A DNA stretch of 64,000 nucleotides from Candidatus Kryptoniota bacterium (GTDB taxonomy: Bacteria > Bacteroidota > Ignavibacteria > Kryptoniales > JAKASW01): the NCBI GenBank assembly GCA_046706745.1, contig JBJKPC010000010.1, forward strand, positions 27,139-91,138, written 5' to 3'. The stretch's first letter is position 1; the number at the start of each line of letters is the position of its first letter. A program made the position numbers and the translations under genes. The notes under the pieces are model-generated. The model did no database searches. It was not told the origin of the DNA and saw only the letters and a program-made list of their open reading frames with translations. Below are positions 30,408 through 37,873 of this stretch, in pieces.

Positions 30408-30783
30408 GTACTGTTCTCCGTGCTTTAGGTTCCGAATTGGCATTTGTAATGCCGTGGTTCAACGACGGCATGATCTACTGCCGGCCGCTGTGTTCCATTT
30501 TAGCCAAGAGGGCAGGAAAAATCAAACTCCTCAGTGGAGGCGCTTCATCGAAGAGCACCTTGTCAGCTTTCACCATTTCGACCGACTCGAATCTAATTAT
30601 CAATCTAGCAGGTGACCGGCGAAATAGCAGCTTTATCTGCTCACCATAGACGTGGGAAGACTGACGTTGGGGGAATGGGTCTCCCGAGCCGAAACAATAC
30701 CCGCTCCGTTGAAGCATGGGGCGGGCATTGCTTGTGTTCGGGAGGGCTGTTTGGCTCGATTGCAGACTTACTTCGGATTCACA

Positions 30784-31176
30784 TCAGTATCGACCCATTG
30801 ATTTGAGGTTAACTGAGACCGTATTGCTTCGGGGGCTTTCCTGACCGTTACCGTCCACCGCGGTCACGTAGTAAACATAAATGGCCCCGCTGGATATTGT
30901 TTTGTCCTGAAAGCTTGTTTGATTTGTTGAATTGATCTTCATGAATTTCAGCGACGACGGGTTTGCACCTTTGGCGGGCGCCACTGCTCTGTAAATATTG
31001 TAGCGGCCAGCCGTTCCTGCCATAGGCGGGCTCCAGGTAAGTGTAACAGCCTGGTTCATCGCTTTCGCCCGGAGATTCGTCGGCGGCCCTGTTTGAGCAT
31101 AGGCGGTTCCGGCAAACATGCAAGCCAGCATCAAAAGCATCGGCACATACGATCTTTTTGATTTGTGAGAGAACAT
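30784..31176 (-). CDS. secreted single fibronectin type III domain protein
   Basis: 130 aa. Signal peptide (...MFAGTAYAQ), then an FN3-like pattern (PPTNLRA......VTLTWSPP.......YNIYR......YVYYVTAVD..G.ESP.SN). Strong RBS GGAGG. Confidence 0.7.
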   Translation of the reverse strand: MFSHKSKRSYVPMLLMLACMFAGTAYAQTGPPTNLRAKAMNQAVTLTWSPPMAGTAGRYNIYRAVAPAKGANPSSLKFMKINSTNQTSFQDKTISSGAIYVYYVTAVDGNGQESPRSNTVSVNLKSMGRY

Positions 31177-31237
31177 TTTCTTACCTCCTCAGTTTTACTT
31201 TCAAACGTTCGTGTCTTTATGACGACACTTGATCTCA

Positions 31238-31253
31238 TTCAACGGCTATGCCA
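31238..31253 (-). promoter_or_regulatory. sigma54-like -24/-12 element TGGCAT-N5-TTGAA upstream of the FN3 gene
   Basis: The minus strand reads TGGCATAGCCGTTGAA with the correct GG-to-G spacing. It departs from TGGCAC-N5-TTGCW at two positions, including the -12 C. It ends about 60 nt upstream of the FN3 ATG. Confidence 0.35.
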
Positions 31254-31276
31254 TTTAGCTCCAGGCTGCGTAAGTG

Positions 31277-31311
31277 TTAATGCGGCGGGCACTTGCCCGC
31301 CCTGGCATTAA
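31277..31311. terminator. strong extended hairpin TTAATGC-GGCGGGC-ACTT-GCCCGCC-ctg-GCATTAA
   Basis: Seven GC-rich bp plus a 7-bp outer stem with a 3-nt bulge. It lies between the sigma54-activator gene and the FN3 gene. No U-tract, so its role (terminator, RNA-stability element or protein-binding palindrome) is unresolved. Confidence 0.45.
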
Positions 31312-31575
31312 TCTCGGTTATGCCGGAACGACGTCAAGTTATGTCGGATTTCTTCTTTCCTACGTTTCGAGCGTGCAGCTGGCTCGCCATGAGCACTAAG
31401 AGGCTTCTCTGTTTTATCCCAGGAGTTGAGGTTTTGAATGGAAGTAATCCACCCGGAGGGTCACCGACACGTTACCATGCTTGGCGAAAGGGATGGAACT
31501 GGCAGCACGTCGGGAATCTTCCGGTCGGGGTTGAGTAACGATAAGGCACGACACTAGGACATCTATATCGTTGAA

Positions 31576-34215
31576 TTACTCGAGATGTCCGTTACCGGTC
31601 GGTATATACAACCTCTCTACCATTTGGTGAAGGAACATGTGGTATCTCGATGGGAGCTTCTTGTATTTCAGTGAAATCTTCTGTTTGGTTTCATCGAGCG
31701 AAGCATTGAAATCGATCTCTCGCGTAAAATTCACGAGATATTCGTTTAGTTTAGTCCTGACTCTCTCAAGCACTTCTTGATCTTCGGTGTCGGCTATCCA
31801 CTTAACAGCTTCGCTCATCATGAAATTGCTCTGGCAGTAGGTCTTGAAACAAACGCCCCGCAAGTATTCCCCGACCGTGCTCCTGTGAATTCCCCCCAGA
31901 TCAAATGCAGTCTCCTTGATCGAGTTTCTCGAAAAGCCCTTTTTTCTCAAGGACATGACGATTTGCTCCTCTATGTCAAGCTTGGATTTAAGATGCACCG
32001 CGATCTCCGTCGGAACATCTTTAAGTCTGATCAGATTTCGCCCCTCAGCACGGGCGAGTATGACGGCTCTTTTTATCGTACTCTCCAGTTCGCGGACGTT
32101 TCCCGGCCAAGAGTAGCTCAGGAACGCTTCCATCACAGAACCTGCCACGTAGATTTCATCAGGCCCTTCTATTTTCAGGAAATGGTCTATAAGGGCAGGG
32201 ATGTCCGCTTTGCGGTCACGCAGCGGCGGTACTACGATTCTTATCACGTTGAGTCGGTAGTAGAGATCCTTCCTGAACTTCTCCTGTGCGACTAGATCCT
32301 CTATCCTTTTATTGCTGGCCGCGAGCACCCGCACATCAACCTTGATCGTTTCCGTTCCTCCGACCCTGTGAAGTTCGCCCGACTGCAGGACACGGAGAAG
32401 CCTGGTCTGGAAAAATTCGCTGGTCTCCGTAATCTCGTCGAGGAATATCGTCCCTTGGTGAGCGGCTTCAAAGAGTCCCATCTTTGCTTTGCCGGCCCCC
32501 GTAAATGCCCCCTGTTCATGTCCGAACAGTTCGCTTTCAAGGAGGGACTCGGGAATCGCGCCGCAGTTTACGGCGACGAACTCTTTCGCCCGTCGCCCGC
32601 TCAGAGTGTGTATCGCACCCGCGATCACCTCTTTACCGGTCCCGCTTTCACCGAGAATTAGAATCGTGGCGTCACTGGTGGCTACCTTTGAAACCATGTC
32701 GACAACCTTTTTCATCTTTCCGTTTCGCGAGAAGACAATACCTTCGAAGACGTCGCGCTTCTCCCTTCCTTCCCGGCGGTACGGAAGACTATCATCGTAC
32801 CTAGAAGCAAAGTCGGAAATGGCATCGTCCTCGTGTTGGGCCGCGGGCGTTGCGATCCCCTCCAGTCGCCTGTTTATCCTTTCTAATTCCTCCTCCAGTA
32901 GCCTTATTTGCCTCGCATCTTTCCTGAGCAGATCCTCTACACGGTTTTTTTCCGTTTCGATGTTTTGCGAACGCACCCTTACGTTGTTGAGTTGATAGAC
33001 GACTCCTGCAACAGAAGCCGCAATTACCGCTACGAACGGCTGGAACGAAAGGATGTATCCTAATTTGAAAAGAGCGAAAGCGACCAGCGGATAGCCACAA
33101 ATAACTGAAGCGAGAACCGGCACGGATTTCTTCATAGAAACTCGCGGATTAGAGATGAACACAAACGAACCTGATCCCAGCAGTATTGCCAGAACCAAAG
33201 AAAGCCACTGCGATGGTCCAATCAAAAACCTTCGCCTTAGTGCCGTATCAATTGCGTTTGCGAATATCCCGACGACCGGGAATTTGGTTGAAAAAGGAGT
33301 TGCGCCGAATTCGCCCAGATGATTTGCCGCTAGGCCGATCAGCACTATCTTACCGCGAAACGTTCCCAGCGCCGGCCAATCTTTTCCAGTGTTTAGGTAG
33401 TTCTCGTATCGATGCAGGAAATCTTCAGCCGAACACATATTCAGATCGTTGACGCCGCCGCAATAGTTTATCCGCATGGCCCCGTCGGTGATCGGAATGG
33501 ACAAATTCCTGGCGCCGTCTCTTATCGTGATCTCTCCTTTTTCGACACTCACAGAATCTCTCGGAACTCCCGTTTTGAGACGCAATAATTCGAGAACCAC
33601 GGAAGGTATAAGTGCCCCCGCCGTCCCTTTATTGTCTCCATCGCTTACCACGACCATAGGTATTTTTCTCGTGACAAGGGATGAGTTCAAATTTAAATGT
33701 CCCCATCCGGCAGCAAACTTTTCAAGGGAGGGGAAGGGAAAGGAAAAGCCGGTACCAGCGGGAAAACGTCCAGCTGCAGGAACTAAATCGTACCCGCCCC
33801 CTGGCGATCGGGCCGCAGATTCGGTCTTTCCAATGCGAGTGAAGTACCCGCCCAGGCATACGTTATCCGAACGTTTGACCGCATCGACGAGTGATGTCAG
33901 TCGATACCGATTACCACCTGGGCTGCCCTCCAACGGCAAGCAGATTCCTACGGCCTTTGCGCGAAGATTATCGAGCGCATTTATAAGCATCGAATAATAG
34001 TCCCACCGGAGAGGAGCCCCGCCAACTGAGTCTATCAGGGAATCACGAACTGCCAGGATAACTACGGAGCTATCCATCTTCACCTCTCCTCTGATCCTGA
34101 ATTCGGCGTCACTCAATGAGTCGTCAAGATTTCCTAATGGTTTTCTGAAAATAAGTAACGCCGATACTATTAAAAGCGCCGCGATAACATAATCTCTTGC
34201 CGATTTGTTGATCAT
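31576..34215 (-). CDS. membrane-anchored sigma54-dependent transcriptional activator with N-terminal CHASE2 sensor domain
   Basis: N-terminal TM, a CHASE2-like extracytoplasmic region (VVILAVRDSLIDSVGGAPLRWDYYSMLINAL, KIVLIGLAANHLGEFGATPF....VVGIFANAIDTAL) and three TM helices. Then a coiled coil and an AAA+ sigma54 module (GESGTGKE, ESELFGHEQGAFTGA, IFLDEI, RVLAASN). Then a Fis-type HTH and about 90 extra C-terminal residues. I prefer ATG 34215 over the listed TTG at 34242. Confidence 0.88.
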   Translation of the reverse strand: MINKSARDYVIAALLIVSALLIFRKPLGNLDDSLSDAEFRIRGEVKMDSSVVILAVRDSLIDSVGGAPLRWDYYSMLINALDNLRAKAVGICLPLEGSPGGNRYRLTSLVDAVKRSDNVCLGGYFTRIGKTESAARSPGGGYDLVPAAGRFPAGTGFSFPFPSLEKFAAGWGHLNLNSSLVTRKIPMVVVSDGDNKGTAGALIPSVVLELLRLKTGVPRDSVSVEKGEITIRDGARNLSIPITDGAMRINYCGGVNDLNMCSAEDFLHRYENYLNTGKDWPALGTFRGKIVLIGLAANHLGEFGATPFSTKFPVVGIFANAIDTALRRRFLIGPSQWLSLVLAILLGSGSFVFISNPRVSMKKSVPVLASVICGYPLVAFALFKLGYILSFQPFVAVIAASVAGVVYQLNNVRVRSQNIETEKNRVEDLLRKDARQIRLLEEELERINRRLEGIATPAAQHEDDAISDFASRYDDSLPYRREGREKRDVFEGIVFSRNGKMKKVVDMVSKVATSDATILILGESGTGKEVIAGAIHTLSGRRAKEFVAVNCGAIPESLLESELFGHEQGAFTGAGKAKMGLFEAAHQGTIFLDEITETSEFFQTRLLRVLQSGELHRVGGTETIKVDVRVLAASNKRIEDLVAQEKFRKDLYYRLNVIRIVVPPLRDRKADIPALIDHFLKIEGPDEIYVAGSVMEAFLSYSWPGNVRELESTIKRAVILARAEGRNLIRLKDVPTEIAVHLKSKLDIEEQIVMSLRKKGFSRNSIKETAFDLGGIHRSTVGEYLRGVCFKTYCQSNFMMSEAVKWIADTEDQEVLERVRTKLNEYLVNFTREIDFNASLDETKQKISLKYKKLPSRYHMFLHQMVERLYIPTGNGHLE

Positions 34216-34345
34216 ACGTCCTTGATGGGAACGCCATGGCAAAGGAACCGATTAGCCATGGGCGTCTTCCGTTCGTTTAACTAACTTACACTAAACCGTT
34301 TGTCCCAATTTCTCCCGAGAGCTTATCCATTTAATAACAACCTGT

Positions 34346-34376
34346 CAAGTACTTGCCGAAGAGGTTGCTCAGCAAG
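34346..34376. promoter_or_regulatory. palindromes CAAGTACTTG and TTGCTcAGCAA in the divergent control region
   Basis: Perfect 10-bp palindrome at 34346-34355. A 5+1+5 palindrome at 34365-34375. Together they give three CAAGT/ACTTG half-sites. Function unknown. Confidence 0.25.
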
Positions 34377-34684
34377 TTATTCCTGCAGATGAATAATGTC
34401 AATTGCACTAATCGGCTGATAAAGCATTAACGAGAAAATGTGTACAATGGAAACATCCCGATAACGGCAGAACAGGCAAATCGCTGTGGGCCGATCTAGA
34501 ATAACATAAATGGAATCGCCAACTCCCCTCTGCAGAAAACGTACGGCCGTTTATATCCCTGCAAGATCAGAGTAAATCCAACTTTTAGGATACTTCTTTA
34601 TAGAGGGCCGATACCAGTCTTTCTCCGTAAAGGAGCGGATCGCATCAGGGAACTTCGCCCCCCTGTGCACAGGTTCTACAATAA

Positions 34685-35581
34685 ATGGACTTTCGACAGA
34701 ACCTTAGGGCGACACTACTCTACTTCGACCTCTTCGATTATCCATTGACCGAAGAAGAGCTTTTTCAATTCATGCCCGAGAAAACTTCCTTGTCCGAATT
34801 CAGGCCTCTCGCACGCCGGAGCGGGTTCCGGTCGTCGAACGGCTATATCCAGATCCGAGAAAGAGCAGATTTGACGCCTATACGTCAAGAGAGGCAGAGA
34901 CGCGCCGAAAGGATGCTACTCGCTTCAAAATTCGTAGGGGAGTTGGTTAAGATATGCCCGTTCGTTAGGGGCGTTTTCCTGTCGGGCTCCCTGAGCAAAG
35001 GAGTGAACGATGGCGGTGCCGACGTGGATCTTTTCATTGTTTCCTCAGAGCACCGGCTCTGGATCAGCCGATCGATCCTGACCCTATTCAAGAAGTCTTT
35101 TCTTCTGAACAGTAAGAAATTCCTTTGTCCGAATTATTTCGTCACAGAGAGACACCTGGAAATACCCGATAGAAACATATTCACTGCAACCGAGCTAATC
35201 ACGCTTAGGCCGTTATATAACACCGAAATGCTGAGCACACTTCTAGAGGCTAACAGGAGATGGATAGAGAACTTCTATCCTAACTTCATGCTGGAGTACG
35301 GGAAGAGTCCGGCACATCGATCTCTCCTTCAGCGGGTTCTCGAGCTTCCGATGAACGACGGCTATACGGAAAGGCTTGATGCCAGACTTATGGAATTCTA
35401 CCGGAAGAGCTGGAAACACCGATATCCCGGATTTACAGACGAGGAACGTGATTTCTTATTTAGGACAACACCATACGCCTCAAAAGTGCATCCGAACGAT
35501 TACCAGAGTAAAATCCTCCTGGAATATGAAAGGCGATTGAGCATCGAGGGGTTAACGAGATTGACACGATTAAATGGCTGA
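34685..35581 (+). CDS. nucleotidyltransferase-fold protein (Pol-beta-like GS...DxD motif)
   Basis: 298 aa. GSLSKGVNDGGADVDLFIV matches the minimal nucleotidyltransferase signature. First gene of the eight-gene operon. Confidence 0.6.
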   Translation: MDFRQNLRATLLYFDLFDYPLTEEELFQFMPEKTSLSEFRPLARRSGFRSSNGYIQIRERADLTPIRQERQRRAERMLLASKFVGELVKICPFVRGVFLSGSLSKGVNDGGADVDLFIVSSEHRLWISRSILTLFKKSFLLNSKKFLCPNYFVTERHLEIPDRNIFTATELITLRPLYNTEMLSTLLEANRRWIENFYPNFMLEYGKSPAHRSLLQRVLELPMNDGYTERLDARLMEFYRKSWKHRYPGFTDEERDFLFRTTPYASKVHPNDYQSKILLEYERRLSIEGLTRLTRLNG

Positions 35582-37055
35582 TATACTCCTGACACATTCT
35601 TATTTCATGAAGTTTGACATCAAGCAGTGGCGTACTATGCAACCGTATGCCCCTCTTGGTACTCTTTACGCCGCGGCCGTCCTTCGAGGAGCAGGGATGA
35701 GTGTCGCATTTTTCGATACGATGTTCGCATCCTCGGAGAATGAGCTTACTCGAGCCATCGATTTGCATCACCCCTCAGCGGTCGTGATTTATGAGGATAG
35801 TTTCAACTACCTGACCAAGATGTGCCTCGAGCGAATGCGGACCGCAGCTTTTCGAATGATCGATATCTCAAAGCGCGCCGGATGCAGGGTAGTGGTAACC
35901 GGATCAGATGCTTCAGACAATGTCATGCAATACCTTGAAAAAGGGGCCGACTATCTCATCTTCGGTGAGGGCGAAAACACACTGCAGGAGCTTTGCTCCC
36001 GACTGATTTCAGGAAAGGAGACAGATCTCGGGTCCGTCGAAGGTATTTCCTTCTTGTCTCACGGAACCGCTGTCAGGACAGCCCCCAGACAACCAGTGAG
36101 AGATCTTGATTCATTCCCATTTCCGGCCTGGGATCTTGTCGATCTCGATACGTACCGCCGGGCTTGGAGTCGTCACGGCTACTTTTCGATGAACATCGTC
36201 ACGACACGAGGGTGCCCCTTCGGCTGCAATTGGTGCGCGAAACCGATTTACGGAAGAGGGTATAACTCACGGTCTCCCAACAATGTAGTCGACGAAATCG
36301 AATGGCTAAAGAAGGTGTACCGTCCGGACCATCTCTGGTTTTGCGACGACATATTCGGCCTTAAACCCGGATGGATCGAAGAATTCCGCGAGGCGGTTTT
36401 GCGAAAGAATGTCAGAATAGAATACAAATGTCTTTCAAGACCCGACTTGCTTCTCAAAGAAAACAGCTTTGATGCGTTGGCGGCCTCGGGATGCCGCACT
36501 GTCTGGATAGGTGCGGAGAGCGGTGACCAGAGGATACTCGATGCCATGGAAAAGGGAACTACGGTGGAACAGATTCGGGAAGCCACCCGCAGGCTCAAGG
36601 AGAGACGCATTAAGGTCGGTTATTTCCTCCAGTTCGGATATCCGGGCGAGAAGTATGATATGATCAAGAAAACTATGGCTATGGTTCGTGACGAGAGACC
36701 TGATGAAATTGGAATTTCAGTGTCATACCCTCTCCCGGGGACAAAGTTCTATGATATTGTCAGGAGCAGGATCGGAAACAAGCATAATTGGTATGACAGC
36801 GACGATCTTGCACTGCTTTTTCCGGGAGAATTTCGGCCGGATTTCTATGTCACCCTGCATCGCATTGTACACCAGCGCCATCGGCTGCGCAGAATTCTTT
36901 CAGGTAACGAGCGGCTGACCCCGCGCACTATCGCCGCACTGGTCTACACTCTCTTGAGACTCCCGTATTCGGCCGTAATGCTCAAGTTTAAACGCAGGCA
37001 AAACCCGCGGCGTTTCAATTTGCCTGATACATTTAACTACGGACGTGGCAGATGA
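35574..37055 (+). CDS. B12-binding-domain radical SAM protein
   Basis: 493 aa. N-terminal cobalamin-binding-like Rossmann region (ILLTHSYF....PYAPLGTLYAAAVLRGAGMSVAFFD) and the CxxxCxxC cluster CPFGCNWC. Overlaps the upstream gene by 8 nt. Confidence 0.85.
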   Translation: MADILLTHSYFMKFDIKQWRTMQPYAPLGTLYAAAVLRGAGMSVAFFDTMFASSENELTRAIDLHHPSAVVIYEDSFNYLTKMCLERMRTAAFRMIDISKRAGCRVVVTGSDASDNVMQYLEKGADYLIFGEGENTLQELCSRLISGKETDLGSVEGISFLSHGTAVRTAPRQPVRDLDSFPFPAWDLVDLDTYRRAWSRHGYFSMNIVTTRGCPFGCNWCAKPIYGRGYNSRSPNNVVDEIEWLKKVYRPDHLWFCDDIFGLKPGWIEEFREAVLRKNVRIEYKCLSRPDLLLKENSFDALAASGCRTVWIGAESGDQRILDAMEKGTTVEQIREATRRLKERRIKVGYFLQFGYPGEKYDMIKKTMAMVRDERPDEIGISVSYPLPGTKFYDIVRSRIGNKHNWYDSDDLALLFPGEFRPDFYVTLHRIVHQRHRLRRILSGNERLTPRTIAALVYTLLRLPYSAVMLKFKRRQNPRRFNLPDTFNYGRGR

Positions 37056-37867
37056 AGGACGGCAACGCCTACGGTTTCGAGAAGGTTGAAGAGGCATTCA
37101 ACCGCCAATCGCCGTTGTTCGACGGCTATGAAGAAAGCAACCCAACTCTGATCTGGATGCGCCGCACGATTCACCGTCACGTGGAAACTCTCATACACCC
37201 CGGCGAGCGCCTTCTCGATTTGAATGCCGGTACGGGCACCGACGCCATCTACTTTGCTCAAAGGGGCCTGTCGGTCCATGCAATCGATATTTCACAGGCC
37301 ATGCTTGAAAGGCTGAAAGAGAAGGCGACACAGGAGCATGTGAGCGATCGCATTTCCGTCGAACACAAATCGTTTACGAATCTATCTTGCCTCCAAGACG
37401 GACCGTTCAATCACATTTTTTCTAACTTCGGCGGCCTCAACTGCATCAAAGACCCCTCAGCTGTGATATCGCAATTCGGCGGCATCCTTGTACCCGGGGG
37501 GACAGTCACACTTGTAGTTATGCCGCCAATGTGCCCCTGGGAGTTAGCGGTATCTCTTAGAGGAAACTTCAGAATGGCTTTCCGCAGGCTAAAGAGGGGA
37601 GGGACTCACGCAAACGTCGAAGGGATAATATTTAAGACATACTATCATTCTCCCGCACATCTTGTTGAACGTTTCGGCGCCGAATACTCGGTGGCCGGAC
37701 TCAGGGGTCTTTGCGCGGTCGTTCCGCCTCCAAATTTCAATCGACTGGCTTATCGTCATCCGAAAATATTCCGGAGACTCACTGCATTGGACGAAAGACT
37801 TTGTACGCTCCCTCCTTTTTCCTCGTGGGCAGACCATTACATACTTACAATGCGTTACAATACCTGA
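37052..37867 (+). CDS. class I SAM-dependent methyltransferase
   Basis: 271 aa. SAM motif I LLDLNAGTGTDAIYFAQRG. ATGA start/stop overlap with the radical SAM gene. Confidence 0.8.
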   Translation: MKDGNAYGFEKVEEAFNRQSPLFDGYEESNPTLIWMRRTIHRHVETLIHPGERLLDLNAGTGTDAIYFAQRGLSVHAIDISQAMLERLKEKATQEHVSDRISVEHKSFTNLSCLQDGPFNHIFSNFGGLNCIKDPSAVISQFGGILVPGGTVTLVVMPPMCPWELAVSLRGNFRMAFRRLKRGGTHANVEGIIFKTYYHSPAHLVERFGAEYSVAGLRGLCAVVPPPNFNRLAYRHPKIFRRLTALDERLCTLPPFSSWADHYILTMRYNT

Positions 37868-37873
37868 TGTGAT

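Noticed and set aside
30408-30783. Glycine riboswitch upstream of kbl
   Set aside because: I could not recognise the conserved glycine-aptamer core sequences on the minus strand. The region is kept only as an unassigned region.
31293-31538. 81-aa plus-strand ORF in the spacer downstream of the sigma54 activator
   Set aside because: It begins with a non-ATG codon inside the large palindrome, has no RBS and has an implausible composition. I treat the region as non-coding.
34243-34684. Possible RiPP precursor peptide upstream of the radical SAM operon
   Set aside because: Reading all ATG-initiated short frames by eye gave only 7-21 aa peptides without an RBS. The one AAGGAG in the region (34629) is not followed by a start codon at a usable distance.
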